Assembly: GCF_018350175.1 (NCBI RefSeq)
Contig: NC_058368.1
Location: 197,410,001 to 197,474,000 of the forward strand
Direction of reading: 5' to 3'
From: Felis catus
Taxonomy: Eukaryota
DNA length: 64,000 nt
The translations under genes and the position numbers were made by a program. Shown here one piece after another: positions 50,244 to 61,650 of this stretch. How positions within the stretch are numbered: position 1 is the stretch's first letter; each line of letters opens with the position of its first letter. The notes under the pieces are model-generated. The model had not been told where the DNA came from and made no database searches. It saw only the letters and a program-made list of their open reading frames with translations.

Positions 50244-51174
50244 GTTTCTCCGCTGTGCATTTATTCTCTCTCCCCTGGCTCATTTGGGCCGGGGGGTGGG
50301 GGTGGGGGCGCGCAGGAAGATCTTCTTTCTTTTGAGACTTGGTGTGCCTAAGCTTAGGGCCCAAGGGGGAGAGGGGAAGCAGGCACCCCCTACTCCAGGC
50401 TGGAGACCAGAGCATTTCTTACACACGGTCCAGAGGCTGCCAGGGGACAAGTTGAAAGGACTCCCGAGGCACCGCCTGCCTCCCACAAGGCAGAGGGGAC
50501 AGCGGTGCACGGGGGTGGGGCTCTCTCGGCATCTCCCCACTTTGCCTCCTATCCTGTCGTGGACAGGAGAGTGTCAGGGAACGTGGACATCCCTCCCACC
50601 TAACAATTAGCAGTTCATCAACTGTTGGAAAATCCCCTGCTTAGGGTGGGACTAAGTAAGTAACTGTAGTCATGGAGGCCAACGTCCAGATGCTGCAAGG
50701 GAACGTCGTCGAGGGAAAGGCCTGCGGAGAGAGTTGGTGACCTGGGCTCCAGTCCCAGCTCCTCCACTGGCTTCTGTGTAAACTTGGCCAAATCATTTGC
50801 CCTCTCTGGGACTATATTTTATGCAAGAGGTTAGGCAAGGATCCCTAAGGTCCCTTCCAGCTGGGCTGACCAACCATCTCAGCGTGCCCACGGCTTTCCT
50901 GGTTTCCCTGCGGAATGTTCCGTGTCTAGGAATCCCTGTTTCCAGCTGAAATCTCCCTTTGCTGATGGCTCTTGTTGCTTCCCTCTGGGGTCCCAAGTCC
51001 CCTTCCTCTCCGTGCTGTACATACTTCTCTTTGGAAAAATCACTGGGAGAATTCCTTCTGCTAAAAAGGTGTGGTCAGATGTGACACCCCAAACACATAA
51101 CATCCTCTATGGCCAGGAGCCGGCTCATCAGAATGGTCTGGACCAGCCTGGGCTGTGATGATTGACCCTGAAAA

Positions 51175-51291
51175 AGTGGCAAGTGGTGAGAGGTCCATCC
51201 ACCTGCAGATAGCATCTTCGGTTTCCATCTTTCATTCCTCAGTGGTTAAGGCGGTGATCCCCCCACCCAACCCTCCTGGAACCCGTGGTCC
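51175..51291 (-). repeat. ~118-bp inverted duplication, right arm
   Basis: agtggcaagtggtgagaggtccatcc...cctggaacccgtggtcc is the reverse complement of 50126-50243. Confidence 0.97.
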
Positions 51292-53274
51292 AGGAGGAAC
51301 ATTTTGAAACTGGCCTTCTATCCCCAGGTCTGTGACAATTTCACCTCTTTCTGTAGTCACACTAATGGCTTCAGGACCAATGGATCCGAAGGATCACCCG
51401 GCTTCTCTTTTGATTCTTGTTCTCAGACGAGAGGAGGACACTCCTCAGTTCACTGGTCCCATCGACCTTGGTCTAGCTTCTTGAGGTCTTTAAAGGTGCT
51501 ATTGCTCTGGGCGCTGCCAGTACCCCCCAAAAATAATTTCTACCCCGATGAGCCGCCCAGTGCTTGTCATGGCAATAGAAGCCCCCGAAACATTTGGGAC
51601 CGAGGAAGGTTCAAGTCCCAGATAATGGTTACTGTGCATGTATCAAAGGGCCGAGGAAAGAAGGTCACGTGCTCCCGTTCACCTCCACACCTGCTGTGTC
51701 CATCTCAATGACATGAGCACCCCCCCCCCACCTGTTCTGGTCCTTCCGTTGGTGTATCTTGGGCCCTGTCACCTACATCAGGCACTGTTGGCGACACAGA
51801 AGCCGGCAATGACCACTATGGTGAGGCTGCAGTGTGTGAGGTGACTCGTGTGCTCTAACACATTCAAGGGCCATGGCAGCACAGAGGAGGGTGATTCATT
51901 CCGCCCAGGGTGACATCTGGGCTGGGCCTGGAAGGTGAGGAGGAGCTTCAGGTGGAGTATCGGTGGGAGGAAGCAGGCATGCCAGGCTCGGAAAATAGTG
52001 CACACGAGGGCGTGAGCTTTCTCCCACCTCTTCTGAGGGTCTCCCGCTGTCATTCACCGTGGGCGGCGCTGTGGGAGGCAGTGGGTCAGGGGTTGCTGGG
52101 CCAGAGGCCAAGGTAGGCAGAGTCAGCCGACTGCCAGGCCCAGGGAACCCTGGTGCACAGAGAAGCTTACTTCCTTTTCCCAGAGCAAACGGGGAAGGCT
52201 CAGACACGAGATCCCTCCCTTTTCTTCTCGTTTCTCAGGACACCTTCTTCCTTCTGTGGGGGGGGGGGGGAACCCAGCTCTGACCCTGCCTTCATTCCCC
52301 CAGGCTCCTCTCCACACCTTGACCAACCACTGCAATCCCTCCCTAGCCCTCTGGCCTCCACTCCCACCTTTACCAGTTCCCCACCCACTCACTGCCACGT
52401 CCAAGCCCCAGTCATCGCCCACCTGGTTGGTTGCGACAATCTTCTCACCAGTCCTGTGAGTCAGGCTTCCCCGTTCCTCACTATCCCGTGGGTGCTGCCA
52501 GATGAAGTTTTCCAAAGCAGGGTTTTGTTGACCTCATGCACCTGTTCTGAAATCTTTGTGAGCATACTTCCTCAGACCTCACGGTCCACTGTGTACAAAC
52601 AAGGCCATGTTCGTATTCATAACCTAATTGTCTTTGGCTCCTGCCTGTCTGCTTACAGGGGACCCCAGTCTCTCCCAAGTGTTACCCCAAGCAGTTCCAG
52701 GGCCCCCCAGGGCAGTGCTCTGAGCCTCTAGGCCAGTCTGTGCATGTTTGCTAACAGTTTAAAACGAGGTCGGCACGTGTCCTGAGACCCGTTTAGAGAC
52801 TTTCACAGCAATGCGACATGCCGTGACCTCTAGCGTATGTGATTTTTTTTTTTTTAATTTATTTTGTAACACAAACAAACAGGGAACAGCCATAAAAAGC
52901 CCCTGGTTCTTCACCACAGATGATTTGAGAAGCGCTCCCCCGGGGGGTGTCTCATATGCAACAAGTCTGGCCCCTGCCTGAATTCCATCATCAGCTCCCG
53001 GTTAGCCACTGGCGGTTCTGGAGTTGCTTTTTCGAGAAATCCATCCCTGCTGTTTCTCTTCTTGGAGAGCACAGTTATCCAGAACGTTCATGGAGGAAGC
53101 AGTTTGCCTCAAAAAAGACGCAAGCAGTTCGGAGTATCTGTCTGCCCTTTTAACGTTAAATTTGGGATTCTTATTTCAAATTCTATTTTTGTTTTTTTTT
53201 TTTGCCTTCTTTCTCCGAGGCATTTTTTTTTTTTATTCTGTTTAGCCGGGTAATTAAAAGAGCGACTTTCACAT

Positions 53275-53840
53275 CGACTTTACTGAAACGCCAAGTTGCG
53301 TACAATAAAGTACGCTTCGTTTCAGTGTGCCGTTTGATGAATTTTGACCAACGAATACACTCGTTAGATCACCATCCCACTGAAATGAAAGAGCTCCCTC
53401 CTCGCAAGTTTCCTTTGTAGTCAATCCCCAATTTCCACTGCAGTGAGAGGCAAGAGTTGATCTGCTTCCTGTTACTACAGATTGGTTTGGCCTTTTCTAG
53501 AATAGCACATACATGGGATCATCCAGAATGTACTCTGACCCCTGGCTGCTTGCACTCACCGGAATGTTTCTGAGATTCATCTATGGCGTTCTATTGTATC
53601 TCGGTTCAAGCCTCGTCCTTGCTGAGAAGCATTCCATTATATGTGCCGCAATTTGTTTATCCATCCTCCTGTTGATAGATATCTGGGCAGTTTCCAGTTT
53701 GGGGCTACTTGAAGGATGTTCTCTGAACATTCACGTACAAGTCTTCGGACAAATGTTTTCATTTCCCTTCCCAAGCACCTCGTGGTAGGATCGCCGGATC
53801 ATACAGAGAAGATTGCGTTTAACCTGACGAGAAACCAACA
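53275..53840 (-). mobile_element. Old L1 (L1M-type) 3' fragment
   Basis: 'tttgatgaattttgac...ttggccttttctagaat...tttctgagattcatctatg...cattccattat...ttgatagatatctgggcagtttccagtttggggcta'. Confidence 0.8.
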
Positions 53841-54279
53841 TTATCCACGGCCATGTCTCTTTTGATGGGAATCACGTGATTTCTCATTGGACCCCTCTTC
53901 CCGGCTGCTCTGGGGGATCAGTAGTGCCCTGCTTCATGGACTCGCCGAGTCAAATTTCACACGGACTTCTCTCTCAGGGCCGTTCCAATTTTAGTATATG
54001 TGTCTCAGTGTCGTGACAAAAACATTGCTGGGATCTGCTCTGAGTTCTGATGTGAGTAACCTGTGATAGAAAAACATTTAGAAGTCCTGAAGTTTGGGAA
54101 AGATTTGCTATGAAAAATATATGGGTGCGTAGGAGCTATGTGTACGTAGAATCAATGTGCATGTATGTGTAGGGTTTTAGGCTATCTTTATAACACACAT
54201 TTTCATTCACCTGCATTCTGACAACGTGTAGTAAATGTTACATTTACTTATCCATTGCTACAGCTTGTAGTAAATGGCT

Positions 54280-54765
54280 GAATTAGCATCTGGCTTGCGC
54301 TACGTATAGCAAAGACCCGCAAGAGCAGTGGCTTAAACAAGAGAGAAGTCTGCTTCTCTGTCATGTAAAACACTCCATGGGACAGTCTGTGGCTTGTATG
54401 GAACCTCCATAGTCATCAGGGAGGCAGGCTTCTTTCAGTTTTCTTATCACCGTCCCTAGGGGTGTCCCCTGTCCTCAAGATCAAGGATGGAAATCCTGTC
54501 ATCTTATCCACAATCCAGACAGCAGGGGAAGTGTGGGGTGGGGAGAGGGAGGAAGGACACACTCCCTCCCTTAAGGACACATTCCAGAGCTTGATGTTGC
54601 TATATGCTTGCTTATATCCCATTGGCCTGAATTTAGTCACATGGCCAAACCTAGCAACAAGGAATCCTGGGAAATGTAGTCACATTGCTGCCTGAAAATG
54701 GATGACTGTATGATGGAAGAAGAGAATACTGGGTCTTGGGGGCATGAAGAAACTTCTGCCATATT
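54280..54765 (-). mobile_element. MLT1-family (MaLR) LTR
   Basis: 'cagtggcttaaacaagagagaag...tccacaatccagacagcagg...cccattggcctgaatttagtcacatggcca...ctgggaaatgtagtc'. Confidence 0.75.
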
Positions 54766-56221
54766 AGCTACTACTGAAATACTATTAATAGTTATTCCCA
54801 AACGATTGTCATTTCTTACACCCTAGAGCATTTTGTGGGGAATAAAAGTGAGCATGCCAGCCAGAGTGTACCATAGCTGGGAACGATGTCTTAGATGTGT
54901 GCAGGAAGGTGGGGTGAAGACTAGTCTCGGTTTTTTGCCCTGATATTCAAGTGGCCACTGTGTACGTTTCCAAACTTTTCACCGTCCGTTTCCATACTTG
55001 AGGGCTCTGTTTGGCCAAGGAGGGGGAGGGTCATCGACAAATATTAACTTTCTTCCCTCCCTGTAATCTTTCACATTTCCTTCTTCACTTAGAACCTTCT
55101 CTGGGTTCCTCCAATACCCTGGGCTCCCTCTCCACCTCCAGGTTCCTGCTACTTTGTCCCTCTGGGACGTGATTTCCCCAGACAGCTTTGCACCCAGGCC
55201 TCTTCTTTCTGTCATTCAGATCTCATTTCTCATATCAAATGCTGAGAAAGGCCGTCTCCAGTCAAGTTCTCTAATACTGCCTCTTCTCCACCCCATCACA
55301 TCACTCCGCTTTATTTTCCTTATAGCATTTTCTTCACTATCTGAAAGCACCTCACTCCCTTACTTACTTATGCTGCTTCTGTGCCTTCCCCAGTGGAATG
55401 CTCCAGAAAGAGCCGAGGGTGTGCCAACTCGCTCACTGCTGCCTCCCTAGCTCTGTGAATCATGCAAGGGGCTTGATGTAGCCGAGTTTAAATTAACAAG
55501 GGCCCGAATACCCTTTTCTCCCTCCTCCCTACCCTTGCTCTAGAGCCCAGCCCACACCCGCAGTGTGCCCCTGAAGTGCGTTTTGATCCACTTCCCCGAA
55601 TCACGTCATGTCTGGATTCTTGTCACCTTTCAAGTTGAAACTTAAATGTCACGGCTTTGGAACAGCCAACGGTGCTGATTCCAACTCAAGCAGGTGTCCC
55701 CATCCATTATTTTTTCAGGAGAACCTTGTTCATTTCCTTCAGGGAGCTCCTCACAGCTTACGATTCTGGGTTTACTTACTTGGGCACTTACGTTGCGTCC
55801 TCCTTACCGGCAGCTAAGCTCTGGAAGTAGACGTTTATGTCTGGCTTGCACATACATCCCTAGGGACAGCATGGTGTCTGATACATACTAGGTGCTCCCG
55901 ACACTTGCTGATTAACCAACGAATGCCCACCATGTTCTATCTGTACCACTCATCTGGAGAATAACGATCCTCTCCCATTATGTTCAGTTGTTCACTAAAT
56001 CTTGTGAAATTCTCTATCTGAGAAAGGCTTATACCACTATTTCGTGAGCTGCCTGAAAATAGGAACCGGTCCCCCACTCCCCCCGATTTACACTTTTCTC
56101 CCCAGCAGACTGGGTTCCTTTAGATCAGTTTTTCTGACTTTATATTCTGGGAATGTTAGTACACATTACAAGAAAGCCGGATTCTGGGCCCGAGTTTGGT
56201 TAGGACTAGGTTAAACTTAAA

Positions 56222-56436
56222 AATTTTTTTTTTCAACGTTTATTTATTTTTGGGACAGAGAGAGACAGAGCATGAACGGGGGAGGGGCAGAGAGAGAGGG
56301 AGACACAGAATCGGAAACAGGCTCCAGGCTCTGAGCCATCAGCCCAGAGCCCGACGCGGGGCTCGAACTCACGGACCGCGAGATCGTGACCCGGCTGAAG
56401 TCGGACGCTTAACTGACTGTGCCACCCAGGCGCCCC
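56222..56436 (-). mobile_element. Can-SINE, young felid subfamily
   Basis: Diagnostic positions present. 19-bp TSD ggactaggttaaacttaaa at 56203-56221 and 56439-56457. Confidence 0.97.
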
Positions 56437-58879
56437 ATGGACTAGGTTAAACTTAAATATATATGTTTTAATTGCAGAACTTTACAAGGATTTTACCATG
56501 CTGCTGCATACTCTAAATCGCCAACAGGAAAGATAAAATAGTCAGCATCGTCCAAACTTGCTTGGACATTGAACCCTCCGTATGCTCATTATTCAGAGAC
56601 TTATTTTAGGCACCCGGATGTTCCACGGTACACCCTCTCTTGCCTTCTAGTGTTGCCCTTTTCTCTTTTCTCCTTCCCTACATTTTTTCCAGTCAGCCTC
56701 CTTTCTTGTTAAATCTCCCTTATAAGTGGCCTTGATACTGAGCCCTCATTTGTGGGGTAGAGAACACAGATGTGGTCACTGAGTCTCACAAGAGCCAGCA
56801 TGCCTCTCTCTGTGTCTCGTTTTCCACTCCCAGGACTTAAGAAATTGAGTGATAAGCCAAGGTGTTCCTGGTAAGTGTCCGGGGGACTTCTCTGGATCTC
56901 AGACCACCTGTGGGGTCTGTCTCTGGTTTGGAAGGTAGAGCTGGAGATCGGTCGGGGGCCTTGAGCAAGGCGTGAACCTGTTCTCTGCCCTCAGGGTAGA
57001 GCACCAGGGGCTCAGACAGCTCTGAGAGGCTTCTTAGGCACCGACCTCGTGACGTTTTAATAAAATTAAGAATCCGACCTGCCTACTGAGATGCGAGTAT
57101 CTGGTCGGACTGGGAAGAACCAGTTGATTCCTGGCTTACTCTCTGTGGGAAGTATGGACTCCCCTGCATCAGCAGGATACATGACACAGTAATGACGACA
57201 GCACCACCAAACCACAAAACACACACATAAAAAGTATCCACGCCTAGCAGGAGAAGCCTCACATAACTTTGCGAAGATTTATTCTGCAGGCTGCGTTCCA
57301 GAGGAGCAGGGCCCAGAAGAACTCAGAGACACATTGGACAGAAGGCAAAGCTGAGGTCAAGCTGCAGAGGTGCCTGCCCAAGACCACGTGCCCGAGGCTG
57401 TGATGAGGCCGGGATCAGCCTCTGAAACGTAGACCGGTGCCCTCTGAACTTCTCCAATCTGCCCCCACGAAGCATACTGCACCCCAGTCCGCTGCACGTA
57501 TTAAGTGCAAACGGATGTTCTACAAGCTTGGGAGCCGACTGTTTTATAAGAGGCATAAATTAAATGGTTTATTCTATGTACCCCTTTACTGATCCCACAG
57601 GGATCAATTTGGATCCCTATTTGGAGGCTATTTGATCCACTATTTGGAGGCTCAGCTCCAATAGCCATGAGAAAACACAGTAGATGACCATGCGCAAGGG
57701 GAAGGTGGAAGCATTCACACCACCATGTTCCTCTGGGCTTTGTTTGGAAGGTAGTCAGGGACCATCTTCAAAGTTGTCATAGAATCTGAGAATATTAGAG
57801 CCAGAGGGCACTTGAGCAATACCCTTATTACATAGGTGAAGAAACTGAGGCCCAGAAAGGGCCAGGTCTACCCTCAGGGTCGCATTCTAGCTTAGTTATG
57901 AGCATAGGCGGGTGTATACCTTGGCTTCAGGTCTCCCAGAGGGACACAGTTCCACCTGCCACTGCTCACAGCCTTTTCAGTTCCGGGCCTGCAGACACGC
58001 AGCTTATTCTAGACTTGTTTCAGCCACTACAGGACCGACCGTAGAAGAAATGGGGCCCCGAGGGGTGGGAAAAGCTGTGTGTGCAGTCAGTGGCTGTGCA
58101 CTGGAGACATCAGGCCTCTCCTTAGAAAGGACAGGCTCCGTAGGCCCAGAGCACCGAAGCCTTATTCATCTGGGACTTGGCCGCAAGCAGCTATCCCCGG
58201 GCCTCACCCCAAGCCTCCTCCCCCACGGGCCCCCTGCTGCTGAAGACTACAGTTTGTATTTTCTCAGAATGTTCCTGCGGGTTCCAGCAAGCGTCACCGC
58301 TGGCTGCAGACAGCGGACTCACCGCGAGAGAGCTCGGTCTGCCCGTGCGGCCAACACAGCCCACGGTACCGGCTCCGAGTCTCGGTCGTCCTTGCCGCCG
58401 GGGGCCTAGCTAATGCTAGTGCTCCCCGGCGTGAGTGCAGACGGGCCGAAGCTGGCAGGGCCATTTGGGAGCTGGTCCAGCGCTCTCTCTTCACAGACAG
58501 AGAAACTGGCCCCAGAAAGGGGGGTGACTTTCTTGCCACCAGTCCTCCCAGAGTTAATGAGCTGCCACGGTGGCACTCCTTGCTTCCATCTTCTTCCCTT
58601 AAACGTGCTCTTTCCTGGTGCTCTGCTCTCCCTCAGTGGTCCAAGTCCAAAGTCTTGGAGCCGTCATGGAGTCCTCTGTCCCATCTTCCCCTATATCTGC
58701 TCCAGAAGCGAATCCTTCCGAATTGCCTCCCGAACGCCCCTAGTATTCCCTAGTTCATGCTGCAGTTACCACTGGCCTGGGTTTGGGCTTTGGTTTTCCA
58801 ACAATTCTCCCTACTTCCGTGCTTGCTCTGCTGTTTGTAACCCCTTCTCTTCACGGCGGGCAACGCGCGGTCAGGCCAG

Positions 58880-59487
58880 GTCACTGTTCCCACCGGCTTC
58901 AAATCCTTTCGTGGCTTTCCACTCAGCTTAGAAAAAAAAAAAATACAAACTCCTTCGCACAGTGTAGCAAGCCCCACGTATTCTGGCCCCCGCCAGCCGC
59001 CCTGATTTCAGCTTGTGGCCCTCTCTGCCAGCCCTCGCGGGTCCCCACTGAGGACCAGTGTCGCTCCTCACACAGGAAGAGTTCCTTCTCACCTCAGGGC
59101 TCTGGCACTTGGCTCCTTCTGCCGACAATGCCTCTTTCCTTTTCACATGGCCGGCCACTTTTTGTGCATCAGGCCTCAGCCTGAAGGTCACCTCTTCAGA
59201 GAGACCTTTCCTGATCGTCTAAAGTAGCCACCCAGCCACTCATGATCTACGACCCTATTCTGATTCTCTGTATATCACTTATCACTCCCTAGCATGTCAT
59301 TCATTCACTCATCGACTCATTCATTCATTCATTCACTCATTCTCTCATTCCTTTGCTTAGGGCCAGGATCCCCTGACTAGAATGTAGACGTGAATGAGAG
59401 CAGGAACTTGTCTGTCTTGTTTATTTCTGTACGCGTAGTGCCAAAAAGGGTAGGTGCCACCTAGTAGGGTTTCGATAGATGTTTGTA
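58880..59487 (+). mobile_element. L2 3' relic
   Basis: 'aaatcctttcgtggctttccactcagcttag...cctcagggctctggcacttggct...gtcacctcttcagagagacctttcctga...ctagaatgtag...gagagcagg'. Confidence 0.75.
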
Positions 59488-59504
59488 AAAAATTGGATAT
59501 TTCT

Positions 59505-59730
59505 TTTTTAAAAATTTTTTTTTTCAACGTTTATTTATTTTTTGGGACAGAGAGAGACAGAGCATGAACGGGGGAGGGGCAGAGAGAGAGAGGGAGACAC
59601 AGAATGGGAAACAGGCTCCAGGCTCTGAGCCATCAGCCCAGAGCCTGACGCGGGGCTCGAACTCCCGGACCGCGAGATCGTGACCTGGCTGAAGTCGGAC
59701 GCTTAACTGACTGCGCCACCCAGGCGCCCC
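59505..59730 (-). mobile_element. Can-SINE, young felid subfamily
   Basis: Perfect TSD aaaaattggatatttct at 59488-59504 and 59731-59747. Confidence 0.97.
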
Positions 59731-59974
59731 AAAAATTGGATATTTCTAAAAACGCTCTAGGAGATGGGACCGAAAATCCCACGTGGCAGTAAGTCAGATA
59801 ACAAGCCATTTCCTTTTTCAGACCTTTGCTTTCCTACTTTTTATTTTTTGCATTTTTTTTTTGGTGCAAAAAGGTGATTTTATTTTTTTAGTTAATTCTT
59901 TTTCACAATTCCAAAATTCTTTATTTCCAGAGCTTTCCTGCACATACTATCTCTTTTAATTCTTTTTAAAAATC

Positions 59975-60930
59975 AAAATATGTTAACTTATTTTTCAGAA
60001 ATAGAATTTAGTGACTCATCACTTACATATAACACCCTGTGCTCATCCCAACAAAAGTCCTCCTTAACTCCTCTTGCCCCTTTAGCCCTTCCCCGACCCA
60101 ACACCCCTCCAGCAGCCCTCAGTTTGTTCTCTGCATTTAGGAGTCTCTTATGGTTGGTCTCTCTCTCTATTTTTTATTATTTTTGCTTCTCTTCTCTTAT
60201 ATCCATTTGTTTCGTACCTTAAATTCCACATATGAGTGAAATCTTATGATATTTGTCTTTTTCTGACTGACTTATTTCGCTGAGCATCATACACTGTGGT
60301 TCCATCCATGTTGTTGCAAATGACAAGGCTTCGTTCTTTTCACTGCCGAGTAATAGTCCATTGAATGTATATATCACATCTTTTTTATCCATTCGTCAGT
60401 GGATGGACATTTGGGCTCTTTCCATCCTTTGGTTATTGCTGATGGTGCTGCTATAAACATTGGGGTGCATGTGCCCCTTTGCTTTTTGCTTTTTTAAATG
60501 TTTTTATTTATTTTTGAGAGAGAGAGAACGAGACAGGGAGGGGCAGAGAGAGAGGGACACACAGAATCCGAAGTAGGCTCCAGGCTCTGAGCTGTCAGCA
60601 CAGAGCCTGATATGGGGCTCGAACTCACAAACCACGAGATCATGACCTGAGCCGGAGTCGGACGCTCAACTGACTGAGCCACCCGGGGGCTCCTGCATGT
60701 GCCCCTTTGAATCAGCATTTTTGTGTCCTTTGGATAAATACCTAGAAGTGCCATTACTGGGTCATAGGGTGGTTCTATTTTTAATTTTTTTTGAGGCACC
60801 TCCATACTGTTTTCCAGAGTGGCTGCAAGGGTCCCCCTTGCTCTGCATCCTCCCCAATATCTGTTGTTGCCTGAGTTGTTCATTTTAGCCATTCCCACAG
60901 CTGTGAGGTGGTATCTCATAGTTGTTTTCC
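59975..60930 (-). mobile_element. 5'-truncated carnivore L1 (ORF2 C-terminus plus 3' UTR), interrupted by a SINE
   Basis: ORF 60494..60961(-) reads KTTMRYHLT...KKLKIEPPYDPVMALLGIYPKDTKMLIQRGTC, which matches the L1 ORF2p C-terminus. Also contains L1 3'-type sequence 'aaattccacatatgagtgaaatc'. Confidence 0.92.
60482..60693 (-). mobile_element. Can-SINE nested in L1
   Basis: TSD tgcatgtgcccctttg at 60466-60481 and 60694-60709. Confidence 0.96.
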
Positions 60931-61439
60931 CACTTTTAAAAATGAGAGTTGCTTGCAACATTAGCCACTCTTGTGTCCTCTATCACCATAGATTGCTTTG
61001 CCCTGTTTCTGAAATTCCTATAAATGAAAACAAACATTCGATCCCTTTTCATACCTAGCCTTTCGACTCTGTTATTTCCGTGTGGTTCATATGTATTGTT
61101 ACATGTAGCAACAGTGTATCTGTTTCCTTGTTGTGTTACTGTTGAAATATGTCAAAATATGTGTATCTATTCTTTAAAAAATCGGGGGTGACCTTAACGA
61201 TAGACCAGTGGTTTACAAACTCTGTTCCACAGAAGCGCCCCTCCCTCCCCATGGGTGGCGTAGGGGGAGAGGCCAAGAGAGTAGGGCTTCTGGACCCCCT
61301 CCTTGGCCAGCCCGCCTCCAACCAGTTTCTGGTTTTGTCTACCTTATAGACTGCCATTGAGATATCTAGGTACCGGGTTGGATTGCATTTGGAAAAAAAA
61401 AAAAAAAGATGTTTCTGCTGTATAAAAAATATTTTTGAA

Positions 61440-61650
61440 CCGTTTTTGATGTCAGACATGGGATTTTGAGCTCTGCTCCCTTCAATGTGTATGATTTAGG
61501 GCAAGTGAGTTAATCACCTCGCGCCTCTATTTCCTCAAATACGTAAATGCGGCAGCAGTAATAACACCAGTAGATTATCTGAGCTGATTCATGTAAAACA
61601 CTTCTTACGGTGCCTGACATGCAGCCAAGCGTCCCCCCGTGCTAGCTGCT
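61440..61650 (+). mobile_element. MIR SINE relic
   Basis: 'tgtcagacatggg...tgatttagggcaagtgagttaa...atgtaaaacacttcttacggtgcctgacat'. Confidence 0.65.

Noticed and set aside
50126..51291. Intact non-autonomous DNA transposon with 118-bp TIRs
   Set aside because: No TSD and no hAT/Tc1/piggyBac-type termini. Near-identical arms enclosing an ancient MIR-like fragment fit local duplication better.
26324..56450. Recurring peptides such as 'FNVYLFLGQRETEHERGRGRERGRHRI' and 'GAPGWRSRLSVRLQPGHDL'
   Set aside because: Translations of Can-SINE copies, not a gene family.
60494..60961. 155-aa ORF as a host gene
   Set aside because: A frameshifted L1 ORF2p C-terminal fragment running into a nested SINE.
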